Part shown: positions 36,399 to 48,977 of the stretch, in pieces
Position numbering within the stretch: position 1 is the stretch's first letter
How the letters are laid out: each line of letters opens with the position of its first letter
Assembly: GCF_004010195.1 (NCBI RefSeq)
Contig: NC_057718.1
Coordinates: forward strand, 24,235,309 to 24,295,082
Length of the DNA: 59,774 bases
Reading direction: 5' to 3'
From: Chiloscyllium plagiosum
Taxonomy: Eukaryota
Made by a program: the position numbers and the translations under genes
The notes under the pieces: generated by a model
The model's input: the letters and a program-made list of their open reading frames with translations, nothing else
Told to the model about the DNA's origin: nothing
Database searches by the model: none

Positions 36399-38104
36399 CT
36401 AAGGCTAGACATTTGCATGCCTTTGTTCTAATAGTTTAAATTGCAGTGGCCATCCTCAACTTGAACACAGTTTATGGACCATGTGCTAGAAAATGGGATT
36501 TCACGAGATAGATGTTTGATAACTGGTGCAGTCACAGTGGACCAAAGTGCTTCTTTGTGTACTACACAAAACATTGTCTCTATGACAATGGCTGATTTGT
36601 GTCAATTGACTAGTTTTACAGGTTTGAAAGCAAAGCATATTGAGTGAACTCTCAACTGGAATTATCAAGGTGGAAATATAATATGGGATGTAAATTGAAG
36701 GGATATTTTAGGCTCTGGTAACTCCATTCATCGATTTTGAAATTTACTTGAGAGCAGAGTGCCAAAAAGAAAATTATGATTGGTCAAACTTAACCCAAAG
36801 CCTATTAACTAGATCCTCTCCTATATTGTTTTTGTGCTTTGTTTGTTGTCCCTATTCTGTTTTCTCATTCTCCAGTGCCCTTTTGTCTATTCATCTAAAC
36901 TTATGTTTATTTCAAGAATTTCTTTGACTACTCAAAAGAAATCAATATAACTAAAATCATACAGTGCAGACAGCAATTCATTCCACAGTGCCTATGAAAG
37001 AACTATTCAATTAGATTCTTACCTTTGAGACAAGTGTTCACTCACCTTTCTTCTGCAAGTTATTATTCAGTCTGTTTGCATCACCTTTCACTTTCTGATG
37101 ATAATTAGCTACATACCTTATTTTTTTTTAAAATTCTCTTCATCTCACCTCTGGTGTCTTTGCCAGTTGCCTTCAATTTGTGGCCAGCCCTTCAGAAAAG
37201 CTCTTTATAGCATTTTCTGTTTGTGGTAAACTGCAGAAATGCATATACCCTAAAAGATTTGACAGTGATTGTAAGGCAGTGGTTGTTCGACTATTCTAAT
37301 TTTGTTTTCAGATTAAAGCTCTATCCAAGTCTGAGTCATGTTGATAGTTCTTCATCTGTCTCTTCCATGTATTTAGTTAATCGTTTTGCTGAAACCCATA
37401 TTGTATTTTAATAACATACCAGTTGCATTTGTATTTTAGTAATTTCTGCCAGTTTGGAAAAAAAAAAGAAAATTTAAATCATGCTTACATTACTGAGGTT
37501 TGTCAGGCAGAAATAAACATGGCATTATATTAGTCCCAGGTTGTTTTTGCCATGCAATTTACCATTAGAAGGAAATCAGTTTAGGTCATTGAAAGCTGAA
37601 AATAAATTACAAAATACAATGAAGACCCAATTAATAGGCTCAGAAACGCCAAAATGTCCGGCATTGTAATTTCAGTGATATTTCTCAATCCGTGCGCTAA
37701 CTTGAAAATTGGCAAGAAGCATGAATTGTTACAGTGTTGTATTTTTTGCTTGCTTCTCAGTATGTGGAGATCCAATTTTGCTATTGCATATGGAATTGCT
37801 TATTCTAAGAACAATGCATAAACTTGCTTATTTAAATATTAGTAAATCTATAGCTCAAGTGTATGCCACCATTATGTGTCAGACAAGCCAAGCCACTACA
37901 ATCAACAAAGCCCGGATCTAGCTATTTCTAAGTGGCCCTTCTTCCAGGAAGCATTATTGTTTTCTTCTTCCAAGCTTTCTGCACTGAATTGATCTCGAGG
38001 GTGATGCAAAATGGTATCTGGTCTCTAAGGGTTAACCGCTGAGCGATTACAAAGTAAGATTTTATTCCTAGAAAGTTGGGTTAATTTAATCAAAGTTTTC
38101 AACA

Positions 38105-38440
38105 CATTAAGGAGGACAGATAGGTGAATATAGAGAAGCTGTTTCCGTTGCCCGGGGAAGTCCAGGAAGGAGGAAAGGCATAGGTTGGAAAATTAGAACC
38201 AGAACTTTCAGAAATTTGTTGTAGAAACTGTGGTAGAGTTTCAGAATTCTGTCCACAAACAACAATTGATGCCAGAACACTTGTTAATGTTAAATCTGCG
38301 ATTGTTGGATTTTTGTCAAACAAAAATATTAAGGAATATGTATCAAGGATGGGTACATGGAACTAGATCAACTATGATCTCATTTGAATGGTGGGCAGGC
38401 ACAAGATGTGAGATGCTCCTCTCCTCTTCCCATGCTCCTA
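38105..38440 (+). mobile_element. Decayed CR1 3' fragment
   Basis: gatagg..aatatagagaagctgtttcc and a CR1-like 3' UTR. Confidence 0.55.
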
Positions 38441-39202
38441 TAATTCTAACATGCACAAATTACATATTTACTCCACTCCACTTGTTCAGTAGTGTTAAAG
38501 AGAACTTATTCTTAAATCAAGACAACAAAAATACTGTGATTCCTGGAAGTCATTCACAACAATAACTTGCATTCTTATAGAACTTGTAACACAGCAACAT
38601 GTCCCAAGGCATTTTGCAGTCAAAGAACGTTTAGTACATTTGTACTTACTTTTTTTCCAGACATAACCTAAATAGGCATCAACAGTGATCTTTCATCTTT
38701 GATTCGACCTAATCACTACACTAACTAAATACCCAAAACAGGTGCTCCTTTACTTGGCATTCCAACTTTATATAATATTGGAGTTTGTCCTCCTTGTGCA
38801 CTCGGAATTCATTCAACAGTCTCCTGTTGGTTTAACGTTAATCCTTCGCTCGATGGGCCTGTTTGGTGAAACGGTTCAGGCTACATTTTGATGAATAGTT
38901 TGATTGTGGAGGTTTAAAGTGATTTGGTAATACCTATGGCATTCAGGTATTTTTAAGCTGCTACTACAGAAAGTATGTCATCACTTTATCCCACAAAGGC
39001 AAAACGCATACCTTCTGTTCTGTGATTCAATATTATGATTTGAAAACATGGGCTCTTAAGTAAAGGTAAATAAGTTTTTAAGTTTGAATTCTGTGAAGGT
39101 GATTTTTTTTTTCCCCAATGTCAGAAACTCCTCAGAGTCAAAGTAACATTTCCAATTAATCATGTGTCTTAATGTAAATTAGGTGAAGATACTCTTCAGA
39201 AT

Positions 39203-39500
39203 TTCACCAAAGATCCTCAGACAGCACTTTCCAAATAGACGACCACTTCATTTCGAGGGACCAGCGCAGTAGATACATGGGAACACCACCACCTGCAAAT
39301 TCCCCTCCAAGCCCATCGCCATCCTGACTTGGAAATATATTGCAGTTCCTCCATAGTGTCTGGGTCAAATTCTCAAATTCTATCCATAATGGCACTGGAC
39401 TGCAGCAGTTCAAGCCCCATCCTCTGTCAAGGGCAGCTAGGGATGGGAATTCAATGCTGGTTCAGTCAAAAATGCCATGACCCACATGTGAATAAAAAAA
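39203..39500 (+). mobile_element. LINE 3' fragment (CR1-group)
   Basis: Homologous to 23405-23745 (-) and 50760-51178 (+), ending in an A-rich tail. Confidence 0.65.
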
Positions 39501-39780
39501 ACAGACAAGCCATGTAGTGAAAGAAATTCTAGTGTTAACTAAGTTGAATTTTTATAAAGCAGAAAACGAGAGGTCAGAAGGTGGTAAGGTCTGAACCAGC
39601 TGATATGCTCCTTCGCACCTAAAATTAGTCTAAGAGTAATTGGAAGTTCAGTGACAAAGGCAATGAGTTCACCTGTGACTGTGCCTTTGGGAGAGACGAT
39701 AACAGAGAACCCTATCTGTTGTGTGTGTAGAAATTCACAGAAAGGACACTGCTTCTGATCTTGCAAGTTGAGGAAAGACA

Positions 39781-40212
39781 CAAGCTCTGGGTTCAGGTCT
39801 GACATGTTCCAGCAGTATGTGATACTGATCTGTCGATTAGAAAAATATCAACATGCGAGAATTCCTGCTCCAGAAGCACTGGGTTCATGTTACATTCTGT
39901 TCCAGAGATGTGTCATAACAAATCTGAGTAGGTTGATTAAAAACTCTACCTGGAGGAACTGGACTCCTATGATACAGTGGTAGTGTCCCCACCTCTGAAC
40001 CAGGGAGTCTAGGTTCCAGACACACGCGCTCCAGAAATTCGCGGTGACATCTCTGATCAGGTCCATTAGGACAATATCTACCTTCTGAAACACGAACAAT
40101 CTTGTGCAATGGTCGTGTTCCTCCCTCTGATTCGAGAGGCGCTGATTCAAGTCTCAACTGCTTCAGACTCTACACTAGCATCTCTGGACAAGTTGATTTG
40201 AAAATATCTACC
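39781..40212 (+). repeat. Head-to-tail array of four degenerate tRNA-like/SINE units
   Basis: Units at about 39781-39852, 39870-39950, 39961-40082 and 40098-40212. Each has a B-box-like ggttca, an internal tccag, and an end like gattag.aaaatatctacc. Confidence 0.7.
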
Positions 40213-41261
40213 TTGACAAACATCAACTGTGGTGTCCTATGACTGAGATGATCTCCAAACACCAACCATTTTCTTGTGTTTCTGTATTGATTGCTCTTCA
40301 ATATATGCCACCAACTTAACTATGTTCTCATTTCTGGATTAGACAGTCCAGAATTAATTAATTAATCAGTTATGACCAGATGAGGAGGGGTGAATAGGCT
40401 CCTTTTCTTTCTGATCTCCCTGTTTGGCTGTGACAAAGATTTTTAAATTGTTTTTAGCATATAACTACATTGGACTTCAATTAAAATGCCATGCTAATCA
40501 AAGTTAAAGATCTAATTGCAAGAATTTTTATTTAAAAGTTAAACAAATAGAATTTTTACTGTGTATTAACTGTGCGAAAAGTAATGGAAAGAGGTATCAT
40601 TTATGCAGATTGTGGGAAAAAAAGGGGTATGTCTCATACAGAAGGGAAGATCATGAATAGACTGTTTTAAAAAGTCCTTAAATTCCATGGTTGATTTTTA
40701 ACCTGAGACCACATTTGCTTGTCTTCCATCTTGATCAGTGGCAATCAGTGGATTTCCTTGCATCTCAGTGAATAGATGTTAGACCAATTTGCTTTATCAC
40801 TGAACATTTTTTTTTGTTTGAGAGCCTGAGAGAAGTGGGGGGACGTAGAGATCAAGTATTCCATTTGATACATGACCATTTGGCCTTCTCTCCTCTGCAC
40901 CAAATGTGCGTTGCCTGAAATACTTTTGTTTGTGGATTCCTTAGTCTGACTTCATTATTTTCCAAGCTGTTTAAGCTGCTGGTGAATCTTTCCTCCCAAT
41001 ATATTATAAAATTTCCGAAAAGGGGAAGATAAATCATGATACAGACCTCAGTGACTGGTTTCTGTCATTTTTGACGACAAGTTAATTTCAGTTCAGACGG
41101 TGTTTTGTTCAATGATTCCATGAGCTTGTCTCAACTTGGTTGGATGTTCATTGTGGTCATCTTAAATTGATGTTTTTCCTTTAGTTCATGAAAAGTCCAA
41201 GTATTTAGATCAGATTATGGAACTCAAAATTGAGTGGACCACTTTTATCCTTGTTATAACA

Positions 41262-42190
41262 ACCCATTATCAATAGCGATGCCCCGCTAGGCTGCGTACT
41301 CAGCCTCCTACTGTACTCCTTATGCACTCCTGACTGTGTAGCTAAATCCACCCCAACTCCATTTACAAGGTTGCTCATGACACCACCATTGTAGTTTGGA
41401 TCTCAAACAATGACAAGACAGAGTGCGAAAGAGATTGAGCGCTTAGCGGCATGGTGTAAAGATGACAATCTCTCCATCAACATCAAAAGGAAGGAACTGG
41501 TCATTGACTTCAGGAAGTAGAGTGGAGGGCACGCCCCATCTGCATCACTGGTTCTGAGATAGAGATGATCAAGGGGGCCAAATTCCTGGAAGTGATGATC
41601 ACCAATGATCACAATGGTCAAGAAAATGCAATAATGTCTCTATTTCCTCAGGAGGCTAAGGAAATTCAGCATGTCCACAAGGACTTATACTAATTTTTAT
41701 AGATGCACCATAGAAAGCATGAGTGCATTACAGCGTGGTTTGGTAACTGCTCTTCCCAAGACTGCAAAAAACTACCGCGAGTTGTGAACACAGCCCAGTC
41801 CAACACACAAACCGGCCTTCCGTGTATTGATGCCATCCAAACTTCCTGTTGCCTCAGAAAAGCAACGACATAATCAAAGACCCTTCCCTTGTTCTTTGCT
41901 CATTATGGTTATACTCATTCACACCCTCTTCTGTCAGGCAGTAGATATAAAAGTTTGAATACAGGTATGAATAGATTCAAGAACCACTTCTGCCTTGTTG
42001 TTATTGGACATTTGCTTGAACTTCTCAAATGTTAATTCTCGGCTCTCCGTTGCACTCTGTCTCTGTTGATGTAACAATATATTTTGCACTGTGTTCTGCT
42101 ATTCTGCACTTTGTATGACACAAGCTGCCTCTATAGCATGCACTACAACACTTTACCATATCTTGGTACATGTGAGAACAACAAATTAAA
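41262..42190 (+). mobile_element. Rex1/Babar-like non-LTR retrotransposon, RT to 3' end, degenerate
   Basis: Translates as DAPLGCVLSLLLYSLCTPDCVA...KVAHDTTIV..ISNNDKTE..KEIERLAAWCKDDNLSINI...ELVIDFRK. The typical consensus is GAPQGCVLSPLLYSLYTHDC, KFADDTT. Confidence 0.8.
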
Positions 42191-42469
42191 CTCAAAATTG
42201 TGTGAGGGAATTTGTGTAGCTCAATGCTTGGGATGTCCAAGCAATATTGGATCCCAAGATGAGCAGATCTTTGAGATGCTTGCATGACAAGTTCAGTGAG
42301 CCAATTTTGTGAACAAACAGCTTATTAACTATGATACCATTAAAGTATGTGTCTTACCAATCAATACCAATTTAGTTTTTATGGGCCAGACAGTATGAAT
42401 ACTTGAATATAATTGGTACCCATGTTCTCTGTCTGTTAACTTCAAGTTACCCAAAGCTCTAACTGTATC

Positions 42470-43150
42470 TTACTTCTCTTCCCTGTTACTGCATGCTGAC
42501 TTACATTGACTTCTGAGTCAAAAAATGTGGCATTGGAAAAGGACAGCAGGTCAGGCAGCATCCAAGGAGCAGGAGCTTTGGGCATAAGCCCTTTATCAGG
42601 AATATGTGGGGGGGCAGGAGGCTGAGTGATAAATAGGTGGTTTTGGTGAGGGGAGGGGGGGGGTGAAGGAGCTGAGGAGGCTGGGGGAAGGTAGCTTGGA
42701 AGGTTATAGGCAAATGAAGGTGGTGGGTGATGGTGATAGGGTGGAGAGGATAGACAGTGAGCATCTGCAGTCCTCATTTTCTCCTACATTGGATTCTGGT
42801 CAAGCAACATCATGAGTTTTAAAATTTCTGTCCTTGTTTCTGAATCCCATTGTGGTCTTGCCTCTCTTTCTTCACTCTCCTCCGACCCCACAACCTTCTG
42901 AACCTTCAGCCCTCCTCTCATTCTGGCATCTTGTGCCATTCTCAAGTTTGATCCGTGATTGATGACCCTGCTGGAATTCTTATCGCCGCCCTTTGTTGCT
43001 ACTTTATCTTTTAAGATGTTCATAAAAACAGCTCTTTGACCAAGCTTTTCCAGCTCGCTATCGGGTTTTGTTTCATAATGCTCCTTGTGAAGTGGCTTGA
43101 AGAGTTTAATTCTGTTTAAAGGCGCGATAAATAAATTATCATTGCTGTCT
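42470..43150 (+). mobile_element. L2-like 3' fragment split by a PLE insertion
   Basis: gctgacttacattg...ggtcaagcaacatc..ttttaaaatttctgtccttgttt continues across the insertion, ending in aaaggcgcgataaataaattatcattg. Similar pieces lie at about 11300-11620 and 12900-13180. Confidence 0.55.
42516..42784. mobile_element. PLE fold-back relic with a dead HHR
   Basis: Homologous to the 16560-17407 family. Decayed TSD tacattgacttctg (42502-42515) / tacattggattctg (42785-42798). Confidence 0.72.
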
Positions 43151-44211
43151 GGCCAACCAGGCAGTTGTATGTGTGGATTGTGGATGGAAGTTGTTTTCTT
43201 TTTGATCCCATGTCGCTTGCAAGAGTTGGTGAAAGGAACTCTGGCAGGCTTGAGCAAGTACCAGAACTGTATTTGCACCATCTTTGGCACAGCAGCTAAG
43301 AGCGAAATCCCAGTTCAGACTTCAACAATGCCCACTCTATTCCACCAGGAGTTTAGCCAGGGAACGTTTCCAATTGGATAGCAAGGTTTGCCTTGGTCTC
43401 TAACTGTTACCCTTCTGCTATCCAGTAATTCTGCTAACACCTCATTAAAAAAAAGGGCGAGGGATGTTGTTGGAGAACTCCACCAAATTGGAAAGGATGG
43501 GTACAGCATAAGAACTGTGTTCCAGCTTCTGAGCAGTCCCTGTGTCATTCGAGAGATTGTAAATCTTCAAACCTCTCCTAAGAAAACAGAGAAGGGAGAT
43601 ACTGTGCAAAGGAATGTGTAAACTTTTATTTTTGGATAAGTCTATTTGTGGATAGAAATACTGTTTTCCCTGCTAATATTTATTGGATCCAAAATTCATG
43701 GGGGTTCTGGCTTATTGAGTCTAAACATAAAACCTGTATGGTGCGCCACAAATCATTTAAGTGGTTTATCGAGACGAATGGCCTGTGTGTGGCAATGTGT
43801 GTTTATCATTGAAGTCACTGCCAGTTTGACAGAGTTCCACAAAAAGTATTTTCAATGTAAAATTGGATAGAATAAATTGGCTACAAGGTACTAATAGCTT
43901 CAGGACAGCTATCAAGTGCCTCCAATTCCAGCCTTCATGAGAAACAAAAGCATATTGTATACCTATCCTCAGATAATTTTGTCGACTGAAATGTTGACAG
44001 TGGAATCTTTCAGGAAAACTGTTCAAAACCTCTTGCTCTGTTCCAGACCTGTGATGGAGCATCAAGTGGGAAAAGTCTCACCCTCACCTCGGGAAGACCC
44101 AGTTTCACACACAGACAGCATGCTCTCCTTTTTGGTGGTATGACCTGAAGTGTTTCAGGTTCCCTGCCAATAATCAAGGGTATTGCCAAGTACAGCAGTG
44201 ACTATATCCTT

Positions 44212-44600
44212 TATTTTTTCACGGACGTGGGTGTAGCTGACAAGGCATGCATTTGTTGCCCATCCTTAAATTTCCTTTGAACTGTGACTTAGTGTGCAAT
44301 TTCAGAGGATAGATCACAGTCAGCCACGTGGCTGTGAGTCTGGAGTCACATGTAGTCCAGGCCAGGTGAGGATGGCAGATTTTCCTCCTTTTTAAGGAAC
44401 ATTATTGAGCCAGATGGATTTTTGCAACAATTGACTATGGTGTCATGGTTATCGTTTAAAGTAGCTTTTTTCTAATTCCAGATTTGTTAATTTACTTCAC
44501 ATTTTACTGTCTGTCATGTTGGGATTCAAATCCATGGCTCCAGAGCCCGAGTAGCTGGATTATTCATCCAACGGCAATACCACCACCCCACTGCCTCTCC
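44212..44600 (-). mobile_element. tRNA-derived SINE
   Basis: Homologous to 18760-19097. Confidence 0.7.
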
Positions 44601-44736
44601 GTACTCCCCAACACTGGTGGTGCCATTTGGCCTTTGCAGTTGAACATCTTTGCACAGTGGTCTCTTTTGTTTTAGTACTAAGGGAATGTGTATCATAGAC
44701 TGGGGGACATTTGATATCTTGGAGGCACTCAAACTT

Positions 44737-45037
44737 GGGCGGCACGGTGGCACAGTGGTTAGCACCAGAGACCCGGGTTCAATTCCTGCTTCGGGCAACT
44801 GTCTGTGTGGAGTTTGCACATTCTCCCCATGTCTGCGTGGATTTTCTCCGGGTGCTCCGGTTTCCTCCCACAGTCCAAAAATGTGCAGGTTAGGTGAATT
44901 GGCCGTGCTAAATTGCCCATAGTGTTAGGTGAAGGGGTAAATGTAGGGGAATGGGTCTGGGTGGATTGCTCTTCAGAGGGTCGGTGTGGACTTGTTGGGC
45001 TGAAGGGCCTGTTTCCACATTGTAAGTAATCTAATCT
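44737..45037 (+). mobile_element. Near full-length V-SINE (HE1-like)
   Basis: A box tggcacagtgg, B box ggttcaattcc, V domain, CR1-derived tail gggctgaagggcctgtttcc, and taatc repeats. Confidence 0.92.
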
Positions 45038-46150
45038 CGTTATTAACTCTCTTCTCAGATGCTAGGTTTCTGTCTGGGAAAGACACAGATATGAGATAAA
45101 GTAGCAGCAAAAGACATTCTCTGGTATTTTGCTTGATGAGCTGATCATAGAGATGACTTTTATTCAACGAATGGGTGAAACCTGAACCCTGGGTGCAAAG
45201 TAATATCCTCTTCTCTTTCCACCACCAACAACCATTAATCCCCCCCAGTGCCCCAACACCACCACCGCTGTAGTAAGTTTGGTAGCAAGGAGGGTAGTTA
45301 ATTCAGTGTAGGCACCATCATCCTCCTACCTATTTCCACATTAGCAAATCTCATACATATTCCTCATGCCTGAGAAGCCTGAAATTGTGTTTTCATAACA
45401 CATTTTTTCCCTAGCTTTATAAAGTTCCATGTTATTTTCAGATTTCATTTTTATTGATTTTATTACTGGCTTATTTATTGTTTGTGCCGAGAGGGAATAG
45501 TAACATGGCGGGAGGACAGGATTAAGGTATTGAGCTTAATGATCAGCCATGATTCACTGACAGAGCAAGCTTGAAGACTCAAATGGCCTACTCCTACTCC
45601 TCCTATGTCTCTGTTTTTATTCTTAATTGAATGACTCAGTGCTCTGGCCAGATTGAAGATCATTTGTTATTGTTTATTCAAGTTGAAAATCTGAAGGGTC
45701 CATTTTCCACCTAAACCAAGCTACCCACGTTGACAGATTATCTGTCTTGCTGTGAAATATTGAAGGATTGGTACCTCTTATAAGAATCTTTTTATTATCG
45801 ATGGAGTTTATATTCTCTCCATAAGAGTGATTCAAGCTGTACCTCTGCTCAGTGATCCAGAATTTTCCTTTTCTATTCCATAAAGCAAAGAAAAACATAA
45901 ACATCACATCCTTCTCTATTTTTAGCTTCATACCGTGAAGAATTAATCATCATCTCATAAATAAAGGAGGATTTGTCTTTGATTTAGTTTTAACTTTCCT
46001 CAGTTAGTGGACTTGCCTTGCTGGTAGTTAATGGGTAGTGGGTATGGTGAATGTAATGCTAATTGAAAGCATTCCGGAAGGATGGGGCAGACTTTGTGTT
46101 GACAGCATGCCCTCTCTTATGGATTATTTTTATATAGTTTTATTTGAAAT

Positions 46151-46365
46151 ATAGAATCCCTACGGTATGGAAACAGGCCATTCAGCCCAACAAGTCAACA
46201 CCAACTCTCTGAACAGCATCCCACCCAGACCCATCCCCCTACTCAGAACACCCAATGGAAACCCACGCAGACACTGGGAGAATGTGCAAACTCCACACGG
46301 ATAGTCGCCCAAGGCTGGAATTGAACCCGGGTCCCTGGCACTGTGAGGCAGCCGTGCTCACCACT
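46151..46365 (-). mobile_element. V-SINE with internal deletion
   Basis: Antisense V-domain and B box (ggaattgaacccggg). Confidence 0.82.
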
Positions 46366-48925
46366 ATATTTTTGCCAATATACTGTATTATATAGGTCAA
46401 CACCACAGTGAATTTTCTCGCAGCAGTGTTCCAAAGGCAATCAATAACAGATGGTCTGTACTTTTAATGGAAAATGTGGGCTAGTATACCAGAAGAGCAC
46501 TCGTTTACTTCCACCTCTTGCAGTCTCTCCCTCCCCACCCTTCGGCAGATGATACTGTTTCTGCCTGCCTCCCTTCAATGATCTAGCAAAAGGCACAGCA
46601 CAGGGCAAAAGCCCCACCTCGCTCTCACCACCCAGAAGGATGGAGAAAGACAGTCAAACTGATGAATGAGATTTATTGACCTGACTTGTCTGGTACAATT
46701 TCAAAATGGTGGGTGGGTATGATTCATACATTCATTTCCAAGAATTGCTGCATTAAGTTTTAACTATTTCTCTTCTGATATCCACCCCCCCTCACCCCAA
46801 CCCCCCAATGATTCATTGTTCCTCCAATCACTAATGAGTCTATTCTCAAAAAACACGAGCAAGCCAGCCTGCAATTGGAGGAGTAGCTCTCTACACGTAC
46901 AAGAGTGACCTCTCTCTGACTGGCCACCACTACCTCCCATGCCCCAAAGATTGAATTGCCCTGGATGTTTTGAAGGGTATTGGGAGTGAATTTGCCCACT
47001 GAACCCGGTGTATTTTGAGCCCTGTCAAGAGGGCAAGTGAATCAAAATGAAGATGTTGCACGTTTACTCCAAACCTCTTAATAATTAAATTTGCTCTGGT
47101 GCAAGACCATGTTATCCACTAAACAGAAAACCAGCAAATCCTGTGCAGGGGTTTCTGTATCTTTCGCTGTTTCTGACTGAATGCAGTCTAGTCTGGCCGA
47201 ATTTGTTACTTTTAATTTCGCGAGCTCCATACCAGTCTGAGAACATCGCCTGGGCCGCATGATAATCAAATCATGGTGTCTGCTAAACTAAATAAACCAT
47301 TTTTCTCTGAAATGAGAAGAAAACGTATCTGGTCCAATGTTTAAATTCTGCACCTCAATTCCTTTATATTTAACTCTGTCAGAACACTCCTGTATTTAGG
47401 CAGTCCCTTGTATGGAGTGTTTTTTTTCCTCATATATTTCAGCATTCTAATCAAATACTGAGGTGTTAACACGCGTCCCAAGAAATTCACAATCCTCATA
47501 GGCTGACAGATCAGTGAGATTGTAAGATGGCAGGGGTTTGAGTGAGAGAGTAGTGTGATGTCAGTGAGTGTATCAAGTAGAGCATAGTAAGTTCAGATGA
47601 GCATCATTCAGAAAGTGGTAGTTCAACAAGAAGATTGTAGTGGGGTGTGTCTGTTTTATCATTAGCCAAATGTTAGAGCAGGTGTTTATTTATCTTAACA
47701 TTTCCTGGTTAACTGTCCAAGTAATGAGGAACACTCTACTGTGTGACTATAGTTCATTTGTAAACTCTTTTTTTTTTTAAGAGGGTTCTAACTTCAGGCT
47801 AATTGCCCAGCTGAAGTTTTTGCAATCTGGGCAAATCATGTCTAGTCAGTGCATCGAGATATCCAAGGCTATGTTGCCATACTTCTTTTCAAACTGGGAG
47901 ATTGGGGCCGCAGTTTTTTTCCTCCATGGTATTGAAGTTGATAGGATCTTTTTCTATTTTGCCTGCCCAATGAAGTAATGGGAGAGCCATCAGTAAGAGA
48001 CTTTAGTCCTACAGTGTCACATATGATATGGCTCTCCTAAGACATACAGGTTGGATAATGGGACACCTTTTTTGTTTTGTTTGATTGCTGTCAGTATTGG
48101 TTATTCAAAAACCAGGAAATGCATAAAGCAAGATTTAGGATCATTTTAGTTCCAAAGTTGCAGAGTTGTCATTCCAAGCTCAAGGCTGAATTCTCTGCAA
48201 AGGATGCCAGCAGTCCATGCAGCGTTCCATGAGCTCTTGATTCTGAATTCTGGGTTATTTTGTACTCTGTACACTTAATTGAAGTCTGTATGAGACTGCC
48301 CTGGATTGTTTTGAATTATAACTTTCAAGACCTCAGCAATAAGAAACTTGTATTTGTATGGGCTGATGTGGAACTTGGGACACCAAGTTAGAACAATGCT
48401 ATGATAATGCACCTAAATTAGTACAACTTGGCAATCCTTGGCAGGCTCAAATCAAGCCAAGTTTGAAACAGTCCAGTTGTGGTTTGTTTTCCTTATATTG
48501 CAAATAATTGATTTTCTTGGAACAAATATGTAGATGAACTTTTATTCTAATCTCCCCATTCAACCAATTGCCAAGCAATGTTTTTTTTCTACTGGCTTTC
48601 TGAAGAGCTTTACAAAATCTGATATAATGATCATATTTAGTACCTGGTACTTATATTGCTTAATGATTAAGCTTCAAAAATGTCAAAGATCCAGAACAGG
48701 AAATCCTATTTCTACATCTCCTCCCCCCTCACCCCTAAACTTTATTCATTGAATTTCTCTGAGATTCTGCGACACTACGATCATAGTGGAGGCTAAGTTA
48801 ACTTTGATTTAGTTTTCAGAATCAGTAAAAATAACATCAGATTTTTTTTTAACATTTCCATTCTGAAAGTATTTAGAGTTGACGTTTTGACCATGTTATT
48901 AATTGCTGTCTTTTTTGATTCACAG

Positions 48926-48977
48926 CTAAGATTGATCAAGAGGCTCAGGAAGCTTTCCTGTCGAGAACTCACAAAAG
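48926..48977 (+). CDS. FMN2: Formin-2 internal coding exon (52 nt, phase 1/2): (A)KIDQEAQEAFLSRTHK
   Basis: Acceptor ttttttgattcacag at ..48925 and donor gtaagt at 48978. It matches FMN2 AKIDQEAEENSLTETHK (recalled) and continues the frame of the 93-nt exon. Confidence 0.92.

Noticed and set aside
42784..43290. 168-aa minus-strand ORF
   Set aside because: It is antisense to an L2-like relic and has no recognisable domain.
44737..44800. tRNA gene
   Set aside because: It is a SINE head with a deleted anticodon region, continuous with the V-domain and LINE tail.
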